The translations under genes were made by a program, and so were the position numbers. Below are positions 1 to 8,868 of a DNA stretch of 64,000 nt, in pieces (the stretch's first letter is position 1; every line of letters begins with the position of its first letter). The stretch comes from Sphingobacteriia bacterium (GTDB lineage: Bacteria > Bacteroidota > Bacteroidia > Bacteroidales > UBA7960), in the NCBI GenBank assembly GCA_011390575.1, contig JAABSE010000007.1:2684-66683 (forward strand), read 5' to 3'. The notes under the pieces were generated by a model that was given only the letters and a program-made list of their open reading frames with translations, had not been told where the DNA came from and did not search any database.

Positions 1-763
1 AATGGTGCCAGTCAAAATCGCGCGCACGGTCGGCAGGAGAGGCATATGGCTCATCAATATCGGGAGGCAACTCAATGTCGCTAAACGCATTGTACTGTGT
101 TGCCCAGACTTTATTGAGTGCATAGATGTCAGCATATTGGTTTTGCAGCCAGGCTGCAAATCGTTGCTTTACCTCTCCACCATAGTCCGCCTGATGAGCA
201 AGCCATGAGAAAAGGCCAATTTCATTACAAATCTGCATCATAATAACCGAACCTTCTTTCCCGACTTCATTCTTGCTGATGAAGGGCATGATTTTGTCGT
301 ACCATTTTGTTACTTTTTCCAGGTAAGTGGGATGGAATAAATTCACTCCTTCGCTGGAAACTCTTTCCCCATTTCGGTTGCGCATCCTGACCTGGTCTTC
401 GTATTGGCTCAGGAACCATTCCGGTAACCCTGCACCACGATACTCTGCCAGGATGTACGGGCCAGGCTTTACAATGGCTTTCAGGCCATGTTCTTTGCAT
501 TTTTGCAGCCATCCGGCAAGGTCGCGCTCAGGCAGGGTGCTGCCATCCAAATCAAAAACCCCCTCTTCAGGTTCATGCCAGTCCCAGGGCACATAGCTGC
601 TTACTGCCATGAGGCCTGCTTCACGGGCTGCGGCCAGGTGAAGGTCCCAATGCTCGCGTTTTATCCTGAAATAGTGAATCTCTCCGGAATTGAGAAAGAC
701 TTCCTTTCCGTCCAGGATGAACTGATTGCCACGGGTTGTGAAGATGGGTTTATTTGCTGTCAT
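1..763 (-). CDS. Glycoside hydrolase family 35-like enzyme (beta-galactosidase family). This is the N-terminal 254 aa; the rest lies beyond the window edge.
   Basis: The ORF track omits it because it runs off the window. Hand translation of the reverse strand from the ATG (complement of 761-763) gives MTANKPIFTTRGNQFILDGKEVFLNSGEIHYFRIKREHWDLHLAAAREAGLMAVSSYVPWDWHEPEEGVFDL...IVKPGPYILAEYRGAGLPEWF...MMQICNEIG. These match GH35 hallmarks as I recall them (GxIHYFR, HEPxxGxF, PGPYIxAE, NE[YI]G acid/base). There is no signal peptide. The start lies 2 nt after the stop of the upstream transporter. Confidence 0.8.
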   Translation of the reverse strand, partial: MTANKPIFTTRGNQFILDGKEVFLNSGEIHYFRIKREHWDLHLAAAREAGLMAVSSYVPWDWHEPEEGVFDLDGSTLPERDLAGWLQKCKEHGLKAIVKPGPYILAEYRGAGLPEWFLSQYEDQVRMRNRNGERVSSEGVNLFHPTYLEKVTKWYDKIMPFISKNEVGKEGSVIMMQICNEIGLFSWLAHQADYGGEVKQRFAAWLQNQYADIYALNKVWATQYNAFSDIELPPDIDEPYASPADRARDFDWHH

Positions 764-765
764 GT

Positions 766-2823
766 TTATTGATCCTTTAGTTCTGATTGTTCTCGTTTTG
801 CGTTTCTTGCTTTCAATAGTTGTTTGATTTCCTGCAGCCGTTCTTCGGTAAGAGAATACCTTGTTACAAAGAACAATGAGAAAAGGCTCAGCAGGATGGG
901 TAATCCGATTTCTACCACCCTCATCATCAGGAGTGTATAAGATGATTGTCGTTTCAGGGGCACAATCCTTTCCTCCAGTTCGAGCATTTCTGTTTCAAGT
1001 GCTTGCAGCGAAACGGAAGTATCGAGAGAAGAAAGATCGCTTCGCATGGAAGCTATTTTTTCAAGCAGCTCCCGGTAGTGTTCTTCACTTTTTTCAGATT
1101 CATGGGCGCGGGTTTTCAAATGGGATTCCAGATGGAAGGCATTCACCTCTGCTTTTATTTGTTTTACCCTGAGAGAAAGAGCTGTGGCTTCTTCTGTAAG
1201 GCTATTTGTTTTTTCCTGTGAGTCAGCAACAAGTATTTCTTCCATGACATTTTCCAGACCATGCACAGTTGTCTGCATATCATGGATGGCTTTGGAGAAA
1301 AACTCTACCCTGTTTCTTTGTTCTTCGCTGTCCGTTTCGATGCGTGCTGCTTCTTTTTCCAGGTAAACCAGGTATTCCCGCCCTTCCTCCAGTGCTGCGG
1401 CGGTTCTTGTTTCAAGAACGGGAAATGCGACAGTCTCTGCATCTGAAGCTACTTCTGCATTTTGAAATACCTGCACTTCATTTCTCATTTCTTTGATGCT
1501 GCCTTCAATGGCATCTACGCGGGTAACCTGGGTTTGATCAAACATGGTGAACACGATCAGGGCTCCGGCCACAAAGCTTGCCAGTGCGGTTCCCATTTTG
1601 ATGAACCACCAGAATATGGAATAGAAGCTACCTTCGGTGCGTTTTCCGGTATTCAGATCGTCTTCATCACAAATGTCGCCTACCATTGAGGCTCCCAGGG
1701 TAAAGAAAAATAGCATACCTGCTGATAGCAGCATGGTGGGAATGATGATCAAATAAGGGTATTGGGGGTTGTAAAAAAATATTTTCGATATCTGTGCCGC
1801 TGCCATGAGTCCAATGGCCAGCATAAGGGTTTTTCTTTTGCCCAGCCTGGGGCTGATCCAGTTGAGCGGAAATACTGCTGCCAGGCCGGTTACGGCCCAT
1901 ACCGTTCCATTGATGCCCAGCAGATAAGCCCCTGCTACTTTGTCTCCTCCAAAAATATAAAAGATGGGTATGTAAGAGCCCAGCAGGTTTACAAAATTGA
2001 ACCCCATAGCCAGAGTGAAGATGGTAAGGGTTAGTTTGATGAAGTTTTTATTGCTGGCAGCATGTTTCATGTTTTTCCAGAAGGGGGTCTTTTCCTGCTT
2101 TACTACCCTCTTGAAGGCGGGTTCCCGAAGAGAGAAAAACCACCAGAAAGACAGAGGGATGATGATGGCAGCTACCAGGAGGGAAACATAGCGCATGCCA
2201 TCCACCTCGGTTCCTCCCGGCCCTTTGAAAAACTCCATGCTGGCCAGGGCAAAGAGCCAGGGGGTGCTCATAGCAAAGAGATTTCCCACAAAACTTTTTG
2301 CACTAAACAAGCGGGTACGCATATGCTGGTCGGAAGTCATTTCCATGCCCAGCGCACCATGCGGAATTTCGAATATGGTACAGGCAGTAAAGAAAAGCAG
2401 CAAAGAAATAAGAATATATCCCAGCTGAAAAGCCTGATAACCGGCTTCTGAAGGGAACCAAACCCTTACCATATCGCCTTTGGGAATCCACCACATCATC
2501 ACAAAAAACACAGCAACCAGAATCCCGCCTACCAACAGAAATGGGCGTCGCCGTCCCCAACGGGTGCGGGCGTTGTCGGATAAATGGCCGATAATCGGGT
2601 CCGATACTGCATCCCACAACCTGGGAATAATAAGAATGACCCCCAGCCAGAATGCACTAAGGCCCAGGCTGATATTTCCCATCAATCCTACCAGGATGCC
2701 CGCCACATTGAATAGCGCAATGGGAATGATACCCCCGGAGCCAAAAGCTGCCAGTTGCGAAAACTTTATCCGATCCTCGGCAAGTGTTTTGTTTTTATAC
2801 TGAGAAGATTGCTGCTCTTCCAT
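766..2823 (-). CDS. Glycoside-pentoside-hexuronide (GPH/MFS) cation symporter with a ~190-aa helical insertion between TM11 and TM12
   Basis: 685-aa ORF with 12 hydrophobic segments. It has a GPH-type TM2 motif (PRLWDAVSDPIIGHLSD) and a canonical last helix plus tail (VEIGLPILLSLFSLFFVTRYSLTEERLQEI). A charged, heptad-like segment (aa ~435-625) interrupts the last loop. Confidence 0.85.
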   Translation of the reverse strand: MEEQQSSQYKNKTLAEDRIKFSQLAAFGSGGIIPIALFNVAGILVGLMGNISLGLSAFWLGVILIIPRLWDAVSDPIIGHLSDNARTRWGRRRPFLLVGGILVAVFFVMMWWIPKGDMVRVWFPSEAGYQAFQLGYILISLLLFFTACTIFEIPHGALGMEMTSDQHMRTRLFSAKSFVGNLFAMSTPWLFALASMEFFKGPGGTEVDGMRYVSLLVAAIIIPLSFWWFFSLREPAFKRVVKQEKTPFWKNMKHAASNKNFIKLTLTIFTLAMGFNFVNLLGSYIPIFYIFGGDKVAGAYLLGINGTVWAVTGLAAVFPLNWISPRLGKRKTLMLAIGLMAAAQISKIFFYNPQYPYLIIIPTMLLSAGMLFFFTLGASMVGDICDEDDLNTGKRTEGSFYSIFWWFIKMGTALASFVAGALIVFTMFDQTQVTRVDAIEGSIKEMRNEVQVFQNAEVASDAETVAFPVLETRTAAALEEGREYLVYLEKEAARIETDSEEQRNRVEFFSKAIHDMQTTVHGLENVMEEILVADSQEKTNSLTEEATALSLRVKQIKAEVNAFHLESHLKTRAHESEKSEEHYRELLEKIASMRSDLSSLDTSVSLQALETEMLELEERIVPLKRQSSYTLLMMRVVEIGLPILLSLFSLFFVTRYSLTEERLQEIKQLLKARNAKREQSELKDQ

Positions 2824-2892
2824 TAAATTGCTTTTAATGTAATTGAGTCTGATTGGATTAATTTTTTCGGGTGCACGAATAGCTGCTGTATG

Positions 2893-4278
2893 CTATTCCA
2901 TATATTCAAAACCCAGTTTGTCCAGACCTTTTTGTATGATTGGGTCTTGCATTACATATTCCCAGATGAGCCCGCTGCGAAAATTTTCAATCGATATCAG
3001 CATCGGACCCTGTGCCACGCCGATATAATCGTCATTTACCCATCCGGCAGTTTCATTAAAAGCATCATAAAAACCATAAGGTCCCCAGATGCTGTCTCCT
3101 TTATTTTCTAACATATACCGGGCGGTAGGAAAAACTATTTCGGGAGCGAAAGGAAGCGATGACAATGCTCCATAAGGGGCAATGGTACCATCATCGAAGT
3201 AGTTGTAATCGGGTCCGGCTGCTCCTCTTCCTGCATACCCCAGGAACTCATGGCCATCAAAATTGTACTCTTCTCCGGGGCCATCGCAAGCTGTAATACC
3301 CCAGCAAAATTCACCATATCCTTTCCAACCATAGGGGTTTTCAATGGCATACTGTTGTTGGGTAAGGGTAGCACGACGCGAGTTTTCAAAGTAATCTATC
3401 CCTTTCTCTTTCATGTAAGGATCAGCCAGTCCTCGGAAGTCGATAAAGGCATGAGAGAACTGATGCCCGAAAAGAGGAGGGAAGGCCGCGTGAGAGAGAC
3501 CCGGATAAGGTGTATTCCAGGTATAGGTAGACAGCCAGGCCTCATAGCTTTCCTCAACGTTTTCCATTCCGGTACCTGCAGCCAGAATGTAAAGAAAAAG
3601 GCCTTCGTTGTACCCGAACCAGCCCCAGTTGATAAGACCGTCTTCAGGCTTCCAGCCCATGGAGATGGTTTTGGGATGGTTGGTTTCCGGACCCATATCA
3701 AAAATGCTCCAGTCAAGCCGGGTCAGAAGAACTTCTGCCATTTCACGTATCTCGCGTTCCGTTTCATTCTCTCTGTCATAATAATTTCTGGCGAAAATTA
3801 CTCCCATCAGCAGCAGTCCTGTATCGATGGATGATAATTCGCAATCCCATGTTCGTTTTCCGGTTTCCATGTCCAGAAAATGATAATAAAACCCTTTATA
3901 TCCTGTTGCATTTGGTGCATCGCTTTGTTCGGAGTTGATCAGAAAATCAAGTGCATTGAAGGTTAATCCTGCAGCTTCTTCACGGAGCATCCAGTTTCGT
4001 TTCACTGCTACAGCAAGCGAGGGAAGGGCAAAGCCAGTGGATGCAATGCTGGAAGGGGCGTCCTCCCGGGCACGATCCATAAACAAACCTTTTTCGGGGT
4101 TTACTTTGTCCCGGAAAAACAGAAATGTTTGATACTGAATGGAGTCAAGTAAAGCATTATCTTCGGTTGTAACGGGATAATCAACTTTTCCGTGGGAAAT
4201 GAATTCATTGGTTTGCTGTGGTTCACTGCAAGCACCCAAGAACAGAACAGCCAGGATTAAAACACCTTTAAGTTTCAT
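2893..4278 (-). CDS. GH144-like / PF10091 'putative glucoamylase' family (alpha/alpha)6 lipoprotein, copy B
   Basis: 461 aa with a lipoprotein signal (LAVLFLGAC). It is a divergent paralogue of 8869-10245, sharing blocks such as QTFLFF/QTLKYF, ASTGFAL/GGTGFGI and GFYYHFLD/GAWSHWID. The family call is from memory of motif blocks, not an HMM. Confidence 0.55.
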   Translation of the reverse strand: MKLKGVLILAVLFLGACSEPQQTNEFISHGKVDYPVTTEDNALLDSIQYQTFLFFRDKVNPEKGLFMDRAREDAPSSIASTGFALPSLAVAVKRNWMLREEAAGLTFNALDFLINSEQSDAPNATGYKGFYYHFLDMETGKRTWDCELSSIDTGLLLMGVIFARNYYDRENETEREIREMAEVLLTRLDWSIFDMGPETNHPKTISMGWKPEDGLINWGWFGYNEGLFLYILAAGTGMENVEESYEAWLSTYTWNTPYPGLSHAAFPPLFGHQFSHAFIDFRGLADPYMKEKGIDYFENSRRATLTQQQYAIENPYGWKGYGEFCWGITACDGPGEEYNFDGHEFLGYAGRGAAGPDYNYFDDGTIAPYGALSSLPFAPEIVFPTARYMLENKGDSIWGPYGFYDAFNETAGWVNDDYIGVAQGPMLISIENFRSGLIWEYVMQDPIIQKGLDKLGFEYME

Positions 4279-4412
4279 GATATCAACGTTTTAGTTGCAT
4301 GAGCAACGGTTTTTAAAAGGGTAGAACCTACCCGGAAAACCTCTGGTTTTCAAAAAAAATGTGTTGTCAGATACCAAAATTTTCCGGGCAGGACCTGCCA
4401 GGGAATCAGAAC

Positions 4413-5249
4413 TTATTCAGGCTTCTCACCATCATAAATCGTTTGCACTTGTTCTTCAGTCAGGGCTACATTGAAAATTCTCAGGTCATCCAGGTCACCT
4501 TCGTAGTTGCCGAGCCATTCATGTACTGTGTTGGGGTTCATTCCGATATAAAAAGCACCGGCACTTTCTGGTACAGTTACAGGCCCCATGGGGGTTTCTC
4601 CGGCAACAAGGGTATCCCTTGATAATTGGGTTCCATCCATGTAAATATCTCTTATGCTGGTTGCCCCGTCATAAGCATATACAAAGTGAAACCACTTGGA
4701 GGGTGGGAAAAATACATCGCGCAATACACCTGCGTCGGTATCTGTCCATCCGTAAATGTCAGAACTCTGATGGCGTGTAAAAGCTTTATAGCGCAAAGTA
4801 TCGCCTCTGGCACTTCCTTCCTGCCATATACCGTAACCGGCATTCCAGTCGATGTCCGGATCAATAAAGGAAAGGATAAAATTGGTGCCGCCCGGCATCT
4901 GCTGTGCACGCAGCCACATACTGAAAGTCATGCTGCCCATGCGGAAATTGTCAGTATCATCGATTCTGACAAATGCTGTTTCAGAACCTTTGTATGCAGC
5001 GTTGGCTTCGAAATGGCGATCAAGGGTGTAGGTAACTCCATCACTTGCTGTTTCATGACCCTGTTCGTCGGTAACATCTCCATCAAATTTGAAATAGGCC
5101 ACGAGGTTGTTAATCGCTACGGTGTCAGCAGGGTTGATGTCGTCACCATTTCCGTTGTCGTCATCGGGGTCATCATCGTCTTTTGAACAGGCTGCCAAAG
5201 AAACCATTGCAGCAACAAAAATCCACGTTAAAAATTTCAAGGTTTTCAT
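4413..5249 (-). CDS. LamG/concanavalin-A-like (Laminin_G_3) lipoprotein, a candidate surface glycan-binding protein
   Basis: 278 aa. The lipoprotein signal SLAAC is followed by an acidic stretch (SKDDDDPDDDNGNGDD). The C-terminal signature is GDLDDLRIFNVALTEEQV, and FSMWLRA is typical of Laminin_G_3 domains. Confidence 0.7.
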   Translation of the reverse strand: MKTLKFLTWIFVAAMVSLAACSKDDDDPDDDNGNGDDINPADTVAINNLVAYFKFDGDVTDEQGHETASDGVTYTLDRHFEANAAYKGSETAFVRIDDTDNFRMGSMTFSMWLRAQQMPGGTNFILSFIDPDIDWNAGYGIWQEGSARGDTLRYKAFTRHQSSDIYGWTDTDAGVLRDVFFPPSKWFHFVYAYDGATSIRDIYMDGTQLSRDTLVAGETPMGPVTVPESAGAFYIGMNPNTVHEWLGNYEGDLDDLRIFNVALTEEQVQTIYDGEKPE

Positions 5250-5350
5250 AATTGTGTTGTTTTTAGTTAATAAATAGGGGTTAAAAGAAAAAAGGAGCTT
5301 ATGATTTGTATGAAAATTTAATACTTATAAGGCTTTTGTAAATTAGAGTG

Positions 5351-8300
5351 TTATTGCACCAGAAGTTTTTTTACCAGGATGCCATCTTTACTTTGCACCC
5401 TTACCAGGTAAACCCCACTCTTCAATCCGGAAATATCCAAAAGGGTTTGTTCTTGTTTGCTTTCTTGATTTATGAGTAATTTGCCTTTGAGGTTAATAAT
5501 GGAAATAACTGCTTTAGCCGGAGTAGAAATGGAAACAGTTTGGGATGCGGGATTGGGGAATATCGTAAAATTACCGGTTGGTTCCCATTGGGGAACGGAG
5601 ACTTCTCCGGCACTGAATCCTACCATGTCTACCTGAATTATGGCCTGCTCGGGAGTGGTGTTACCGGTTTCCATCAGCACGTCGACCCTCTGGATATGAC
5701 TCATATCGGGAAGGTTTTCCGCCCAGTCCATCACTGTAAATTCATTGAGGGGAATTTCTACTTTCTGCCAGTCAGTGCCTGCATTGAAATATGTATAGGC
5801 TGCCCCATCACTACCCTGAATCCCATCCGTATCAAAAACCTGCAGGAGGATATCCTCAACCGGTTCACTGGCTCTTACGTATAAGACAATATGATCGAAC
5901 CCGCTGATGTCGGCCATAGGAAAAGCCCACAACCAATAGCCTGTCAGATCATCGGTAAGTGACAGATCGTAATCCAGTTCCAGCACTACTCCCCCAAATT
6001 CGCCTTCCCCGGTTACATCAATAGCGGTGATGCTTCCCTGAGCCCATTCCGGCACCTCTCTGAATCCCTCCACGTTGGTTAGGCCGGGAATGGTAAAGTC
6101 ACTGTAAATAAAATAGTCTGAAGGGTCTGATCCCGAGCCCGTTAGAGGGATGTGAATATCCTGTACAGAGAGAACTGCATTTCTGTCTCCTGGTTGAATG
6201 GGCGAAAAAGAAACGGTAAATGTTGCCGTTTGAAAAGTGCCCAACTCTGTTGTCTCTTCTAAATTCTGAAGGTCAAAATCAGAAGAATGCTCTCCGGAAA
6301 GACTGATATCTGCAGGAGAAACAGTTAATGTTCCTCCTCCTGTATTTCTGATGGTAAACTGAATAGGTTCGGAGGTGTTTCCAATGGTCTCCTGTCCGAA
6401 ATCTCCGGTGGCAGGTGTAACTTCTATAATCGGTGTATCACCGGGTTCGGAAAGAAGAATATCATCGATGTCCCACTGGGTAATGTTATCGGTAATTCCG
6501 TCAAAAATCCAGGCCAGTTTGAAGCTTTCACTGCCAACTCCATGACTCTGGCTGTCTATAAGGCTGACAAATTCAGTCGCTGAAATGCTTTCAGGGTTTT
6601 CCCATTGATGAATGATGTATTCTGTTTCATCCGCGATGGCTACCACTTTGAGCGTATATTGTCCCGGACCACCAAAATTGTTTACCCTGTGTTTAAAAGA
6701 AAGTACAAGTGTGTCCAGGTCAGTCGTTTCAATTTCCGGGGATGTCAGGTAGAATTGCCCGGTACTTTCGGGTTGCCACCAGAACACCATTTCCGGAGCT
6801 TCACCGCCGGCATTGGCAGTGTTGAAGGCACCCCAGTTTACAGAACTGCGTGTCCAGCCCAGAGGAATTCCTCCTCCTTCCATTGCGCTGAATTCTTCCA
6901 GCCAGGGCAAAGAAGTAATGGTGGGATCAAAACCTAACCCTTCGATGGGAATTTCAATGTCCAGAATCGTGAGGCTTGCAGTTTTTAATCCTTCTGTTTG
7001 CGGATGAAAGACGAGGCTGATTTCCGCTGTTTCCAGGTATTCCAGTTCTGCATTTTCCTGCAGGCCGGTAAGTGTAAAGGCTGCAGCATCTTCCCCTGAA
7101 AGAACAATGTCTTCGGGTGAAATCACAAGCGTGCCCCCTCCTACATTGGAGAGTGTAAATGTTTGAGCTTCGGATTCAGTATTGACAACCTGTGGCTCGA
7201 AAGTGAAAGCCTCCGGATTAACATCCAGTGCAGGTTCGGCTGAAAGAGCAATATCATCAATGGCCCACCGGGTGAGGTTGTCACTTACACCGTCAAATAT
7301 CCAGACAAACTGTACTATCCCTTCTCCGATGCCATGCTCTGCGCTGTTGATTTGTAAGGTGATTTCTTCTGCCGGAATACTGGCCGGATCAAACCACTGC
7401 TGGATGATAAATTCTTCTTCTCCTGCCATAACTGCTAAAGTGAGATCATAAATGCCGGGGTCTCCGAAGTTATCCACTACATGTTTGAATGACAGGTTCA
7501 TGCTGTCAAGTCCGGCTGTGTTGATTTGCGGAGTTTTGATCCATAGCTGACCTTCCTGAACCGGTTGCCACCAGAATACCATTTCCGGTGCTTCGCCACC
7601 TGCATAAAAGGAATTAAAGGCGCCCCAGTTTTCAGCGTTGCGCTCCCAGCCAAAGGGCATTGTTCCGTTGTCAAGTTCGTCAAATTCCTCTGACCACGGG
7701 AATGTGTAAATGGTAGCATCGTAACCTTCTCCGGTCAATGGTACCTGCTCACCATCAATCTGGAGCAAGGCATCATGCATACCGGTAACAAAAGGGGCAA
7801 AGACAAGACTTATCTCAGTGCTTTCACCGGCTTGTAAATCAATGGGTTCGGTTATATTTTCAAGAAGGAAAGCATCAGCATCGGTCAGAATATTAAAATT
7901 GGCCAATACTCCAAAATGGTCTGAACCATAAATGCCGCTGTCATTGGGCTCATCCAGCACTACTTCTGCCGATGTTGGTACAAAGGTTGCCTGCATGGCT
8001 TTGTTAAAGAAAACATAGTCGATTCTTCTCTGCTGGTGACCCAGATGGTAGTTCAGTGTGCCATGTTCAGGGTCAAGATGGTTTTCGTGGAAAAGAGGGT
8101 AGACGTCCTGAAAATCTTCATTCATAAGCTCCATTTCTTCCCAGTCGGGGTTGGCATTGAAGTCTCCGGTAACCAGTTTATAATCATTGGAGGATGTTTC
8201 TTCAATAAAATCCAGCATATCGAGAATCTGCTCTTCACGAATGTGTGTGTTAGCAGCTGTGTTGTGCAAATGGGTGTTGTAAACATCAATGGTATTGCCC

Positions 8301-8854
8301 TCTACATTGATCTTTACATGTGCTGCCGTACGATAGTCGTTGAGAGGTTGCAGGGCCCGCCAGTTGGATTCTTCGATAGGAAACCGCGAAAGGATTGCAT
8401 TCCCGAATCGTTGGGGAGAAGTTTCGCTATCCACAGAAGAAAAATAGAAGTAATAGCCCAGTGAGTCGGCAAGCATTTGTGCCTGGTTGTCAAGATTTGC
8501 CCGTTGAATAACCTCCTGTAGCCCGATAATATCCGGATTCAGATCTCTTATTTCACTGAGCATATGGGCAAAACGAGCCGGCCAGTTCTGATTATCGAAC
8601 CAGATATTGTAAGTAAGAACCGAAAGACTGACGGATTGTGCATTTTGCGAAACAACCTGAATTTGTTCCGGATCGAGGGTTATGGTCGATGCTCCCTGGT
8701 TTTCAATGGTAAAAACAACAGGTTCTGATTGGGTGTTAATTTGCCGGGGTTCAAAGTCCCAGGTGGCCGGACTTACATTGATTTGTGCCCTGGCTGAACC
8801 TGTTACAAGAAAAACAATAAGGAGAATAATGTGTGACATCTTTTTTGATTCCAT
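5351..8854 (-). CDS. T9SS-secreted multidomain protein: an EEP domain nested in an Ig-like domain, two [MAM/cleaved-adhesin-like + Ig-like] modules, a beta-sandwich-like domain and a type-A T9SS C-terminal sorting domain
   Basis: 1167 aa. The signal peptide ends ...GSARA|QINV. EEP motifs are present (LTYNIW, GLQEV, NTHL, GDFN, SDHFGV). Internal repeats share GGEAPEMVFWWQP and W(A/D)IDDI(A/L)LS. The C-terminus (FPNPASQTVSIS...SGVYLVRVQSKDGILVKKLLVQ) matches T9SS sorting domains. Confidence 0.8.
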   Translation of the reverse strand: MESKKMSHIILLIVFLVTGSARAQINVSPATWDFEPRQINTQSEPVVFTIENQGASTITLDPEQIQVVSQNAQSVSLSVLTYNIWFDNQNWPARFAHMLSEIRDLNPDIIGLQEVIQRANLDNQAQMLADSLGYYFYFSSVDSETSPQRFGNAILSRFPIEESNWRALQPLNDYRTAAHVKINVEGNTIDVYNTHLHNTAANTHIREEQILDMLDFIEETSSNDYKLVTGDFNANPDWEEMELMNEDFQDVYPLFHENHLDPEHGTLNYHLGHQQRRIDYVFFNKAMQATFVPTSAEVVLDEPNDSGIYGSDHFGVLANFNILTDADAFLLENITEPIDLQAGESTEISLVFAPFVTGMHDALLQIDGEQVPLTGEGYDATIYTFPWSEEFDELDNGTMPFGWERNAENWGAFNSFYAGGEAPEMVFWWQPVQEGQLWIKTPQINTAGLDSMNLSFKHVVDNFGDPGIYDLTLAVMAGEEEFIIQQWFDPASIPAEEITLQINSAEHGIGEGIVQFVWIFDGVSDNLTRWAIDDIALSAEPALDVNPEAFTFEPQVVNTESEAQTFTLSNVGGGTLVISPEDIVLSGEDAAAFTLTGLQENAELEYLETAEISLVFHPQTEGLKTASLTILDIEIPIEGLGFDPTITSLPWLEEFSAMEGGGIPLGWTRSSVNWGAFNTANAGGEAPEMVFWWQPESTGQFYLTSPEIETTDLDTLVLSFKHRVNNFGGPGQYTLKVVAIADETEYIIHQWENPESISATEFVSLIDSQSHGVGSESFKLAWIFDGITDNITQWDIDDILLSEPGDTPIIEVTPATGDFGQETIGNTSEPIQFTIRNTGGGTLTVSPADISLSGEHSSDFDLQNLEETTELGTFQTATFTVSFSPIQPGDRNAVLSVQDIHIPLTGSGSDPSDYFIYSDFTIPGLTNVEGFREVPEWAQGSITAIDVTGEGEFGGVVLELDYDLSLTDDLTGYWLWAFPMADISGFDHIVLYVRASEPVEDILLQVFDTDGIQGSDGAAYTYFNAGTDWQKVEIPLNEFTVMDWAENLPDMSHIQRVDVLMETGNTTPEQAIIQVDMVGFSAGEVSVPQWEPTGNFTIFPNPASQTVSISTPAKAVISIINLKGKLLINQESKQEQTLLDISGLKSGVYLVRVQSKDGILVKKLLVQ

Positions 8855-8868
8855 AATTTTTAGTTTGT

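Noticed and set aside
267-772. Track ORFs 267-512(-), 327-596(+) and 488-772(+) at the left edge
   Set aside because: They overlap the edge-truncated GH35-like gene, which reads uninterrupted on the minus strand from 763 to the window start with clear family motifs.
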